DNA of 62,655 nucleotides from an uncultured Pseudomonadota bacterium (GTDB lineage: Bacteria > Pseudomonadota > Alphaproteobacteria > RF32 > CAG-239): positions 6,075-68,729 of the forward strand of contig CACWUA010000002.1 in assembly GCA_902763905.1 (NCBI GenBank), written 5' to 3'. This document shows positions 30,452 to 39,499 of the stretch, in pieces (position 1 is the first letter of the stretch; each line of letters opens with the position of its first letter). The position numbers and the translations under genes are program-made. The notes under the pieces were generated by a model. That model had not been told where the DNA came from, searched no databases, and saw only the letters and a program-made list of their open reading frames with translations.

Positions 30452-30859
30452 ATGGGAGCTTTTCTTAAACTTATTTTCAGTATATTGTTGAATCCGATTG
30501 TGCTCATCGGTTTGGGTATCAGCGGATATATCATCTTTTATTACGGATTGCAAAACTATCGCCAGTTGGCCTCCATTCCGTATGTTTACGTTGCGCTGTG
30601 GGGAATTTGTCTGATTTATGCTTTGGTGCTGAAACACGAGTATATTCCGAACAGCAATAAAGTTGATTGGTGGGCCACTTTCAAAAGTTCGTTCGGGCAT
30701 TTGATTGTTTTGATGCTGACGATTGTTGTGGCTTGCGGTGCTTATTATGTTTCGCAAGATAACTGGGGTGAAAAACTCGACCGTTATGCCCGCAACCAAA
30801 AGGTTCAGGATACTTTGCCGATTAATCAACAAAGAACGATAAATCAGCAAAGATATTAA
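30452..30859 (+). CDS. Hypothetical membrane protein (4 TM)
   Basis: GGAGA RBS and hydrophobic segments. Confidence 0.6.
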   Translation: MGAFLKLIFSILLNPIVLIGLGISGYIIFYYGLQNYRQLASIPYVYVALWGICLIYALVLKHEYIPNSNKVDWWATFKSSFGHLIVLMLTIVVACGAYYVSQDNWGEKLDRYARNQKVQDTLPINQQRTINQQRY

Positions 30860-30872
30860 TTTGCAAACACCG

Positions 30873-30911
30873 AAAAAACAGCCGTTTCAGCAATGAGGCG
30901 GCTGTTTTTTT
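30873..30911 (+). terminator. Rho-independent terminator (A-run/T-run flanked)
   Basis: CAGCCG (30879-30884) pairs with CGGCTG (30899-30904), followed by TTTTTTT. Confidence 0.75.
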
Positions 30912-30936
30912 GCATCGCCGACGGCATCTGTTTTGC

Positions 30937-30965
30937 TTGACTTATACGGGAAAATATTGTAAACT
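30937..30965 (+). promoter_or_regulatory. Sigma70-like promoter TTGACT-N17-TAAACT
   Basis: -35 at 30937-30942 and -10 at 30960-30965, with an exact 17-nt spacer. Confidence 0.5.
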
Positions 30966-30971
30966 GAAAGT

Positions 30972-31050
30972 GATAAAATTAGGGATTATGTTTGAGATTT
31001 AAATACACATTTTGTGTTTATTTATCTTCAGGCATAATCCTTTTGTGTTT
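30972..31050 (+). ncRNA. Candidate small RNA or leader: long imperfect hairpin followed by a U-tract
   Basis: AGGGATTATG (30981-30990) pairs with CATAATCC (31033-31040), followed by TTTTGTGTTT. It lies just downstream of the promoter above and contains no ORF. Confidence 0.3.
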
Positions 31051-31326
31051 GAAATAAATAAATATAATAATTCCGCGGATATTGATGGCAACATTGATGT
31101 TTTGCGGAGACCTTTATTGACAAGCTTTATCCAACCGTTTGGAATTGAAGCACGATGACTTTACGAAACAGGAGCCTGATAAACTCCCATAGCGACGAGA
31201 TGTGGTTATGACTTAAAATTCGTATCGATATTGTGTTAAAGACCAAACTTCAGTGTTGGATTCAGTAAGTCAATATGACAATGCCGTATGGAAATCAGGG
31301 CTGGGTAAAAATTCTGATTATCTGAT

Positions 31327-31548
31327 ATGAAGAGTAATATCTTTTATATCATTGTAAATGTTATTGGTATCGTTTTTGGGTTTTTTGCAGCCATCATGGC
31401 TGTAAAAAACAGCGATTACGGGTGTATGTTGTTAATGGCAATAACTGTGAACGTTAGTGTCGTGTTGACAATAACATTTACACTAAAAGCAATTCGCGTA
31501 ATTGTGCGCGAGGAGCTTGAAAAGAAAAATACTAAGCAAGAGAGTTAA
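31327..31548 (+). CDS. Possible small 2-TM membrane protein (73 aa)
   Basis: ORF followed by a hairpin plus T-run (31530-31570), but no clear Shine-Dalgarno. Confidence 0.35.
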   Translation: MKSNIFYIIVNVIGIVFGFFAAIMAVKNSDYGCMLLMAITVNVSVVLTITFTLKAIRVIVREELEKKNTKQES

Positions 31549-31577
31549 CCCTCTTTTGCTTAGTTTTTTTATGCGAT

Positions 31578-31822
31578 TATTTTTTATCCGCATACGGATT
31601 ATTCGCCTTGCGTCATCAAGACATAGAATGTCATCCCTCGCACGGCACAGCGTGTCCGTGCGTCAAGGGATCTCGACTTTTGGCACATCAGTGCCACTTC
31701 TGAATCATATAAAAATTGCGCTACGCAAAGATAAGATTCCTTGACGAAGTGACGCACCGCGCACCTCGAGAAATGACTGTTTTATTCTATTTTTTATCCG
31801 CATACGGATTATCCGCCTTGCG
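31578..31822. repeat. 35-bp direct repeat (34/35 identical) duplicating the der 3' end, bracketing a 175-nt structured segment
   Basis: Copy A is 31578-31612 and copy B is 31788-31822 (TATTTTTTATCCGCATACGGATTAT[T/C]CGCCTTGCG). Copy B encodes the der C-terminus and stop. Confidence 0.9.
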
Positions 31823-33172
31823 CACGGTAATGCGAATCGGAATCCCGCCCATATTGAAAGTCTGGCGCAAACTGTTGAGCAAATAGCGGAAATACGATTC
31901 CGGCAAGCCTTCCGGATTGCTCGAAAAAATATAAAACGACGGCGGACGGGTTTTGGCTTGGGTGATATACTTCAGCTTGATACGGCGTTTATTCTTGCCG
32001 AGCGGCGCCGGATTTTGTTCTTGTACATCGGCAAACCACTTGTTGAGCGGCGCGGTCGGAATCCGCATATTCCACCGTTCATACACCTTCAACAGCGCGC
32101 GCATCAGCTTATCAAGGCCTTCTTTTTTGAGTGCCGAAATGGTTACGGTCGGCACTCCGGCGGCCTGTGTCAGCGAAGTTTCCAATTTATAATTCAACTT
32201 TTCAAGCGTTTCTTTACGCTTGGCAATATCCCATTTGTTGACGGCAATTACCAACGCTCTGCCCTCGTCCAACACATTGCGGGCAATAGTCAAATCCTGC
32301 TTATCCAATACCGCATCGGCATCCAAAACCAACACCACCACCTGCGCCATATTGGCCGCATATTTGGTGCTTTCCACCGACATTTTTTCCAAGCTGTTCA
32401 CTACTTTAGATTGGCGACGCAAACCGGCGGTATCCACCAGATTAAATTTGTGCCCTTGCCAGCTCCATTCGGTAGTGATGGCATCGCGTGTCATACCGGC
32501 TTCCGGACCGGTCAGCATACGGTTTTCGCCCAACAACGCATTAACCAATGTCGATTTCCCGACATTCGGTCGACCGACAAACGCCACCTGAATCGGACGA
32601 TTATCTTTTATCGGCTCAAAATCTTCGGGAATCATCCCTATTGTTGCAACTTGCGGGGTTTCGGCCTCTTTTTTCTGCTTTTCCTCATCTAAATGCATCA
32701 GTTCCACATAAAGCGAATCGAAGCCGATACCGTGTTCGGCCGAAAAAATTATCGGATCGCCGAGCCCGAGTTTATATGCCTCACCGATACCGTTTTCCTG
32801 CTGTTTTCCCTCGCATTTGTTAGCCAATAAAATCACCGGTTTATGCGTGCGGCGTACCAAGTCGGCAAACTGCTCGTCATAAGGTTGCACTCCGACTCTG
32901 GCATCAAACAAAAACAGGCACACATCGGCATCATTTATGGCCATTTGTGTTTGCAACCACATCCGGCTTTCCATATTGTCGGTGGTAGAATATTCATAAC
33001 CGGCGGTATCAATCACTTCCAAATCCAAGTCCTTAAACTTGGCCGGTGCCATTTTGCGGTCACGCGTCACCCCCGGCATATCGTGCACAATAGCCAGTTT
33101 TTTTCCGACCAAGCGGTTAAAAAGCGTCGACTTACCAACATTAGGACGTCCGATGACTGCAACTTTAAGCAC
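31787..33172 (-). CDS. der: Ribosome-associated GTPase Der/EngA
   Basis: Two G-domains (GRPNVGKST twice) plus a KH-like C-terminus. Confidence 0.95.
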   Translation of the reverse strand: MLKVAVIGRPNVGKSTLFNRLVGKKLAIVHDMPGVTRDRKMAPAKFKDLDLEVIDTAGYEYSTTDNMESRMWLQTQMAINDADVCLFLFDARVGVQPYDEQFADLVRRTHKPVILLANKCEGKQQENGIGEAYKLGLGDPIIFSAEHGIGFDSLYVELMHLDEEKQKKEAETPQVATIGMIPEDFEPIKDNRPIQVAFVGRPNVGKSTLVNALLGENRMLTGPEAGMTRDAITTEWSWQGHKFNLVDTAGLRRQSKVVNSLEKMSVESTKYAANMAQVVVLVLDADAVLDKQDLTIARNVLDEGRALVIAVNKWDIAKRKETLEKLNYKLETSLTQAAGVPTVTISALKKEGLDKLMRALLKVYERWNMRIPTAPLNKWFADVQEQNPAPLGKNKRRIKLKYITQAKTRPPSFYIFSSNPEGLPESYFRYLLNSLRQTFNMGGIPIRITVRKADNPYADKK

Positions 33173-33181
33173 GTTTTTCTC

Positions 33182-34495
33182 CTATTTATAGGCCACGATT
33201 TTGGCGTTTGAGGTCGTGAAGATGACATAACCGCCGGCCACAATCGGTGCGGCATTCAAATCCTCATTGACATCAATTTTGCCGGTCTGTTTTCCGGTTT
33301 GCGGACTATAAACCAAAACATTACCATCAGAAAGAGCAACCATTAGCTGGTTATTTATCAACATCGGGGCATAAACCGTGATTTTGGAGGCCTTTTTGCC
33401 CAAATCCAATGCTGTTGCCCACAAAACATTGCCGTTTTCTTTGTTAACCGCAACCAGCTCATTGTCATTGGTTACCACAAACAAAGTATTACCTGACAGC
33501 AACGGAGTTACGACACCACCGATTTTCTTCTGCCACAGCGGGGTACCGCTTCGCATGTCTATCGCCGTAAATACATCGGCGCTTCCCAAAAAGTAAACCA
33601 TGTTTCCTTCAACTATCGGCGAAGCTTTTATGGTGTGTAAAAATGTTGAAGAATACGCATAACTGTTTTCCACTAAATCGGTAGACCATAAAGGAGTACC
33701 GATGGTTGCTCCGAACGCTTGCGCTTCACCGTTGGAAAATCCGGTTACAACGATATCATGCGCTTTACTGTATGCGGCCGGTGCCCCTCCCATAAGAGTG
33801 GTATTTTCCATAGCGGTATCATAATCCCATATTACATCTCCGGTGCCGGCATTTAAGGCAAAGAAATGATTATCCGCACTTTGTACAAACACCTTATTGG
33901 CTGCTACCGTAGGCGCAATGCGCAGAGGCATTCCCAAATTACGTTCCCAGATTTTTGAACCGTCTTCAATGTTTGCGGCAATCACATAGCCGTAACCGGT
34001 AGTGACGTATATTTTGCCGTTTTCTATGGCAAGTCCCACACCTTTAAGCGCGGTGTTGCCGACATTATTGTCATCAACCAATTCAACCTGCCACAAATTC
34101 TTGCCGTCAGTCAGCCCAAATGCGCTTAAACGTCCTTCGGCATCAAGCGTATATACAGTGCCGTCTTTAACCAGAGGTTTTGCCAATAAGGCTTCCCGTT
34201 TTGAACTTCCGGTACCGAAATCTGTTTTCCACTGCTTTTGCAAATCGGAACTTGCTCTGCCGTTCGGCATAATGTGCTGAGCATTGGCTTCTTTTTGCAG
34301 CCAATTACCCGATGACGGCTCAGCAATCTTAATATATGACGAACCGTCAGCCACGTCAGGCTTGATTGACGTAGACGTATTCAATACAGAAATACGCGTA
34401 CCTACCGGAAGCACCTTTTTGGTGCAAGCTCCTAAAATCAGTACGGACAACAAACATCCGCAACCCAATAAAACTCGACTGTTTAACATTTTCAC
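33182..34495 (-). CDS. bamB: BamB-like outer-membrane assembly lipoprotein (PQQ-like beta-propeller)
   Basis: Lipobox LILGA|C and repeated propeller blades. Sits between the yfgM-like gene and der. Confidence 0.85.
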   Translation of the reverse strand: MKMLNSRVLLGCGCLLSVLILGACTKKVLPVGTRISVLNTSTSIKPDVADGSSYIKIAEPSSGNWLQKEANAQHIMPNGRASSDLQKQWKTDFGTGSSKREALLAKPLVKDGTVYTLDAEGRLSAFGLTDGKNLWQVELVDDNNVGNTALKGVGLAIENGKIYVTTGYGYVIAANIEDGSKIWERNLGMPLRIAPTVAANKVFVQSADNHFFALNAGTGDVIWDYDTAMENTTLMGGAPAAYSKAHDIVVTGFSNGEAQAFGATIGTPLWSTDLVENSYAYSSTFLHTIKASPIVEGNMVYFLGSADVFTAIDMRSGTPLWQKKIGGVVTPLLSGNTLFVVTNDNELVAVNKENGNVLWATALDLGKKASKITVYAPMLINNQLMVALSDGNVLVYSPQTGKQTGKIDVNEDLNAAPIVAGGYVIFTTSNAKIVAYK

Positions 34496-34504
34496 CTCTG
34501 AATA

Positions 34505-35269
34505 TTACATATCACTGATTGAAGACAACATATCTTTTACGCGATTTATGAAACCTTCCGGTAAATCCTTGTTTTTAAGGATTTTGCCGTAAATTTCTTT
34601 TGCACCTTCAATGTTGCCGTTTTTGATTGCGGACATTGCCAATAAATCCTGAACAGCAGGTGTCCATGAATTATCTGTTTCCATCAGCGGCTTTACCAGT
34701 GCGACAAATTCTTCATAGCCGAGAGAATCGACGCGATATGAAGCAAGTTTCACCAAAGCAATATGCTTTACTTCTTCATTGACATTTTTTTCCGCCGCAA
34801 GTTTTTCCAACATTGATAATGCTTCTTCTTGCTTATTTTCCGATAAAAGCACATTAGCTATTTGCAATTTGGCAAAATCACTGAATATTCCCTGATTATC
34901 GGTGGAAATTTTTTGCAAAGCGGCAATTGTTTCTTCTGAGTTATCTTGCAATTGCACCGCTGCCATATAATTTTCAGTACGATTCTGGTTACGCAAAACT
35001 TTCCACTCATGCAGCTTATCAAACGAAACTGCAGCAGAAACCGCCAACACGACAAACGCCACTATAAATAACCCGTATTTATCCCATAAAACTTTCAGAT
35101 TATCATTTTTAACATCTTCATCAACTTCTTGAATAAACGCATCTGTCAATTCAGGATTGACATCGGATAAATCACGCCGACCGCGACGCGGTGCCGCAGG
35201 AGTTCCCGACTTTACGGCGGTAACATTTTTAGTATTGATTTCGTTTTTGTTTCTAACTGATTTAGCCAT
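34505..35269 (-). CDS. YfgM-like TPR membrane protein
   Basis: Single TM (LFIVAFVVLAVSAAV) plus a TPR-like periplasmic domain. Conserved position upstream of bamB. Confidence 0.65.
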   Translation of the reverse strand: MAKSVRNKNEINTKNVTAVKSGTPAAPRRGRRDLSDVNPELTDAFIQEVDEDVKNDNLKVLWDKYGLFIVAFVVLAVSAAVSFDKLHEWKVLRNQNRTENYMAAVQLQDNSEETIAALQKISTDNQGIFSDFAKLQIANVLLSENKQEEALSMLEKLAAEKNVNEEVKHIALVKLASYRVDSLGYEEFVALVKPLMETDNSWTPAVQDLLAMSAIKNGNIEGAKEIYGKILKNKDLPEGFINRVKDMLSSISDM

Positions 35270-35348
35270 TTCTTTTCCCTTTTTAAAATAACTTAATTCA
35301 AAATTTTTCTATTCATAACAAAAAAACAAACATAAAGCAAATCATTTT

Positions 35349-36533
35349 TTATTTTACGATTTCCCTTATCACGCAACCGCGTATCCAACGTAAATCACGC
35401 AACGGTATGTTTTTTCCGAAAACTATGTTATTATCATGTGAAATAATCGACAGATAATAGCGGTCCGTTACCGGATTGTGACCGATATCAACCGATTCAA
35501 TATCTTCTTTCGGTAAAAATTCGGCATCCATCCGTAAAATCGAAAGATTATGTCCCAGAACGACTTCGGAACGAGTAATAATCAATACGTCTTTGCTCAA
35601 AATACAAACCGTAATAAACAACACAAGAGCCATGCATACCAGCAAAATCGAGGCAAATCCCCATACTCCGGTAAACGGCAAAATAGTTGCGTAGTTTATG
35701 ACTGAAAATATAGTCAAAGCGGTTAATCCGATTGCAGCAGCAACCGATAAAATCGAATATACATCGAAGAACAAACGCCTCTCACGGATAATAACTTTAT
35801 CTTTTTTGCATTTATATTGGAATACTTCCGGCGCATGTTCTTCTTCGCGGAACAATTCTGCCAAATTCCAACGTTTAGACATCTCGCGCAATGTTTTGCT
35901 CAATTCGCCATGATGCCTAGAAACCAAGCCCCTATCTGTCATAAACAACGCCGGCATACGCATTTTTTCGGCATAATATTCCCACTTTTTGCGTACACCA
36001 TCGCCGCTGGTTGTTATATATAACGGAACGCGCAATTTTTTATCTTTATGGTATAATTCGACAATATAACGATTTCGATTCATCAGACCGAATTGGTAGT
36101 ATTCAACCGTTAACAGAACTCCGAGATAATTGTACAGTTTTTCCGTCAAAACTTCAGGTTCACCCCACATAGGATAATGTGTTACTTTAATATTTTCCCC
36201 ATCAAAATTGATTGTTTTACAACGACGCATGGCAATAACGGAAAGTATGATAACCAATAATCCGAAAAATAAAATAAATGTATCGAAAGAATAACGCAGC
36301 ACAAACAATTGATGCGCCGTAAAATCTGTTTCGGTCTGGAAATTATAACTCTCATCACTGGTTTTCAAAAAATAGCAAATAATTTCAAAAGCACCTAAAA
36401 CAAAAAACATTATACCGCTAAAAAAACCCCACCATGCTATTTTGCGAGCTATTTTATCGGTTTTTGCAGTCGGAAGTTTCTCGATATCCAGCTTAAAATC
36501 ATGGCTGTAGTGATTAGGTACCTGATAGGTCAT
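35349..36533 (-). CDS. Hypothetical polytopic membrane protein
   Basis: Two pairs of TM helices, each followed by a soluble module of about 130 aa; no motif recognised. Confidence 0.55.
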   Translation of the reverse strand: MTYQVPNHYSHDFKLDIEKLPTAKTDKIARKIAWWGFFSGIMFFVLGAFEIICYFLKTSDESYNFQTETDFTAHQLFVLRYSFDTFILFFGLLVIILSVIAMRRCKTINFDGENIKVTHYPMWGEPEVLTEKLYNYLGVLLTVEYYQFGLMNRNRYIVELYHKDKKLRVPLYITTSGDGVRKKWEYYAEKMRMPALFMTDRGLVSRHHGELSKTLREMSKRWNLAELFREEEHAPEVFQYKCKKDKVIIRERRLFFDVYSILSVAAAIGLTALTIFSVINYATILPFTGVWGFASILLVCMALVLFITVCILSKDVLIITRSEVVLGHNLSILRMDAEFLPKEDIESVDIGHNPVTDRYYLSIISHDNNIVFGKNIPLRDLRWIRGCVIREIVK

Positions 36534-36675
36534 TTTATTCTCCTTGTTTCATAAACAGCCTCATTCTATACCCGTAAAAAAATTTTTTCATCATTTTTTT
36601 TAAATAATGTTTGTTTTTATAATATTTAAGTGTACTATCGCTTTATGGATATCAAAAAAAACAATGGTGTAGTCT

Positions 36676-38340
36676 ATGCTTAGTACAAACATATTTTATT
36701 CGGGGTATAATGTTCTTTTCAGCATTATGTCTCTGTTTATAGGTATAAGTTCCGTATTTTTGATCAGAGGTTCCAAAGATTTTCGCGGGCTTTTTCTGTT
36801 TCAATTGGGCGGTCTGCTGATGATTTTGCTCACATACCTGACAACACAAGATCATCTGCTATATAAAATCGGACTTAATGATAACTTTGTTATTTTTGTA
36901 CTGACGTTGTTGTCCGGTCTGATTTCTATTTTGTGGATAAATTCAGCTACTGAGCTTTATAACCATCGTTTGGCCAACCGTGAGGCTTTGACTATTTATA
37001 CCACTTTGACGGCAACGCTATGTGTTTATTATTCTTTCATCGGTTATAATGCGGGGCAGACATTTTTGCTACGTCCGATGTTTTTGCTTATCAGTATTAC
37101 CATGTTGTTTCTGAGTAGTCTGGTTTGCTTGATAAGGCGTGTGAATATCGGCTATTTTCTGCTTAGTCTTTCACTGTTTTTGCTGTTAGGTAAATTAACT
37201 GTATCGACTTTTTTCTACCAATATAACTGGCTGAATTTGAACATATTTAACTGGATTTGGACTTATATTTTTGCCGTGGCTGTTATATTTATGCGCTTTG
37301 ATATGTATCGAAGTGATTTAAAACAATCTTGGAATACAATCGACAAGCTAAATCTGCAGATTATAAATATGATTGACACCTCACCGTTTCCGATTGTTAT
37401 TGTGGATGCAAAAACCTGCAAATTTTTAACCATAAACAATAAGGCCTCTTTATTGTTCGGCTTTACTCGCAAAGACGCAGTTTATCATTTATTGGAAGAA
37501 ATTATGGTAGATGAACAGAATCGTTGCAAATTTTTAACCAATCTGCAACAACGCGGATCTTTGGATGATTATGACGTTATGGTTTGCAATGTATTAAGCG
37601 TTACGCCGTTTTGGATGTCTGCTTCCGTAAAATCTATGCAGCACAACGGTATTGACGCATTTTATATCACTTTTCAAGATATAGCTTTGCGCAAAGAGAG
37701 GGAAAATAATTTACAAAATCAAGCCCATAAGGATCCTTTGACTTTGGCATGGAATCGCCTGTATTTTGAAAAATTCGTGCCGGAAAAAATTAAAGAATGT
37801 ATTCATTATGCTCAAAATTTCAGTCTGCTATTGATTGATGCCGATAAATTTAAGAAAATTAATGATAAATACGGACATAAAGTCGGAGACTTGGTGCTAA
37901 TTGAAATTGCCGAACTTTGCCGCAATTCACTGCGTGATGATGATATTGTGGCTCGGTTCGGCGGTGAGGAATTCGTGATTTTTCTCAATGACACCGATTT
38001 GCGTTCGGCAACCAGAGTAGCCGAGCGTTTGCGTCAAAGTATAGAAAGTGCTGCAATAAAAGATGATGAAGATAATATCATTAAGGTTACAGTCAGTATC
38101 GGTGTTGTTTCATCTGAAAAGACAAACAGTCTGGAAGTGTTACTGCGCCAAGTTGATGACGCTATGTATTTGGCAAAACACAACGGACGCAATCAAGTGG
38201 CTGTTTATGACGAACAACAGGTAAAGTCGTATCAAAGCAAAAAATCAAAGTCGGCAAAACGTGATATTCATCCGGTGTTTCAGAATGAAGAAAGCGAAGA
38301 AATATCGTTGCTTGACAATTACGGCAGTCAGCATTTTTAA
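36676..38340 (+). CDS. Diguanylate cyclase: multi-TM sensor, PAS, GGDEF
   Basis: Active-site RFGGEEF with a PAS-like segment before it. Confidence 0.9.
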   Translation: MLSTNIFYSGYNVLFSIMSLFIGISSVFLIRGSKDFRGLFLFQLGGLLMILLTYLTTQDHLLYKIGLNDNFVIFVLTLLSGLISILWINSATELYNHRLANREALTIYTTLTATLCVYYSFIGYNAGQTFLLRPMFLLISITMLFLSSLVCLIRRVNIGYFLLSLSLFLLLGKLTVSTFFYQYNWLNLNIFNWIWTYIFAVAVIFMRFDMYRSDLKQSWNTIDKLNLQIINMIDTSPFPIVIVDAKTCKFLTINNKASLLFGFTRKDAVYHLLEEIMVDEQNRCKFLTNLQQRGSLDDYDVMVCNVLSVTPFWMSASVKSMQHNGIDAFYITFQDIALRKERENNLQNQAHKDPLTLAWNRLYFEKFVPEKIKECIHYAQNFSLLLIDADKFKKINDKYGHKVGDLVLIEIAELCRNSLRDDDIVARFGGEEFVIFLNDTDLRSATRVAERLRQSIESAAIKDDEDNIIKVTVSIGVVSSEKTNSLEVLLRQVDDAMYLAKHNGRNQVAVYDEQQVKSYQSKKSKSAKRDIHPVFQNEESEEISLLDNYGSQHF

Positions 38341-38350
38341 GGAAAAAAAC

Positions 38351-39484
38351 ATGAATTGCAAGTATCAGAATATATGCGGAGGCTGCCCGCTGCGCAACAC
38401 AGATCAGTCAGTTTATCGTCAGAGCAAACTGGAGCATTTTAAAAAAATTGTTTTCCATCTTCACCAAAAGCAGATTGCTTTCGGTGAGCCTTTTTTTGCA
38501 CAAGATGGTCAGCGTCGTCGTGCAGAAATGGCTTTTAAGTACAAAAAAGGAAGAATTATTTTAGGATTTAATGCCGAGCAGAGCCATGAATTAATCGATA
38601 TAGAATCATGTCCGGCACTACTGTCTGATATCAACAAGATTATGCCACAGATACGGATTTTTTTACTAAATATTTGCATACTGAAAACAACCCGCAAAAT
38701 CAAAAACAAATATATTACCGACAGTATCTCGCAAGGCGAAATTCATATCACTTCCGCTGCCAACGGTATTGATATTTTACTGGAAATCAACGAAAAAATC
38801 ACTATGGAACATCGTATGGAAATATGCAATTTTGCAAACAGTAACCCACAGATTATACGGATTTCCGTCGGCCCTAAAAATACCAAGCCGGAGACGATTA
38901 TAGAAAAAATCAAGCCGTGTATAAGCATTGCCGGCAGACAAGTTTTTATTCCGGCCGGAACATTTTTGCAGGCCTCCGTTGCCGGTGAAAAAGCTCTGAT
39001 TGCAGCGGTATTGAAATATATCGGCAGCACTGCAGGCAATATTGCCGATTTATTCTGCGGTGTCGGCACTTTTTCGTATCCGTTGGCGCAGAATATCAAA
39101 AATAAAATAACAGCGATTGATTCTTCTGACGAACTGCTTGACAGTTTCCAGAAAACCATAAACTTTCTGACCATTCCCAACATTAAAATAGAAAAAAAGA
39201 ACTTATTTAAATATCCGTTGAATGCAGATGAATTGAAAAAATTTGCGGCAATTGTTTTTGATCCTCCGCGCGCCGGAGCAGCAGCACAAGTTCTGCAAAT
39301 TGCAACCGCACCTTATGAGGATAAACCGCTCAAAATTGTTGCAGTTTCATGTAATCCGCATACATTCATCAACGATGCCAATTGCCTATTGGACAGCGGG
39401 TACAAATTAACCGAGATAATCATGGTGGATCAATTTGTTTATTCAAGGCATTTTGAATTGGTCGCCATGTTTGAAAAAGCTTAA
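38351..39484 (+). CDS. RumA/RlmD-family RNA (uracil-5-)-methyltransferase
   Basis: ATG at 38351 follows AAGGA. Fe-S ligands Cx5CxxC (CKYQNICGGC) plus IESCP. SAM motif DLFCGVGTF and the catalytic VSCNP motif. Confidence 0.85.
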   Translation: MNCKYQNICGGCPLRNTDQSVYRQSKLEHFKKIVFHLHQKQIAFGEPFFAQDGQRRRAEMAFKYKKGRIILGFNAEQSHELIDIESCPALLSDINKIMPQIRIFLLNICILKTTRKIKNKYITDSISQGEIHITSAANGIDILLEINEKITMEHRMEICNFANSNPQIIRISVGPKNTKPETIIEKIKPCISIAGRQVFIPAGTFLQASVAGEKALIAAVLKYIGSTAGNIADLFCGVGTFSYPLAQNIKNKITAIDSSDELLDSFQKTINFLTIPNIKIEKKNLFKYPLNADELKKFAAIVFDPPRAGAAAQVLQIATAPYEDKPLKIVAVSCNPHTFINDANCLLDSGYKLTEIIMVDQFVYSRHFELVAMFEKA

Positions 39485-39499
39485 TTTAAGGAGAATAAA

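Noticed and set aside
29939-30850. Long antisense ORFs within AT-rich housekeeping genes (29939-30850 opposite glmM, 31958-32692 opposite der, 51027-51749 opposite valS, 48780-49331 opposite dnaK, 40508-41014 opposite tkt)
   Set aside because: The opposite strand encodes unmistakable conserved proteins. The antisense translations show no motifs and have biased composition.
31502-31744. An 80-aa ORF spanning the der-duplication insert
   Set aside because: It overlaps the terminator of the upstream gene and runs through the hairpin-rich segment. It has no RBS and its composition is Arg/Ser-rich.
38261-38350. Upstream extension of the methyltransferase ORF overlapping the diguanylate cyclase 3' end; similar long N-terminal extensions for atpQ (16699), atpE (15243), mutT (19068), dnaK (49616), tolC (56983) and the lipoprotein (9615)
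   Set aside because: Internal ATGs preceded by good Shine-Dalgarno sequences give products with canonical N-termini and remove long gene overlaps.
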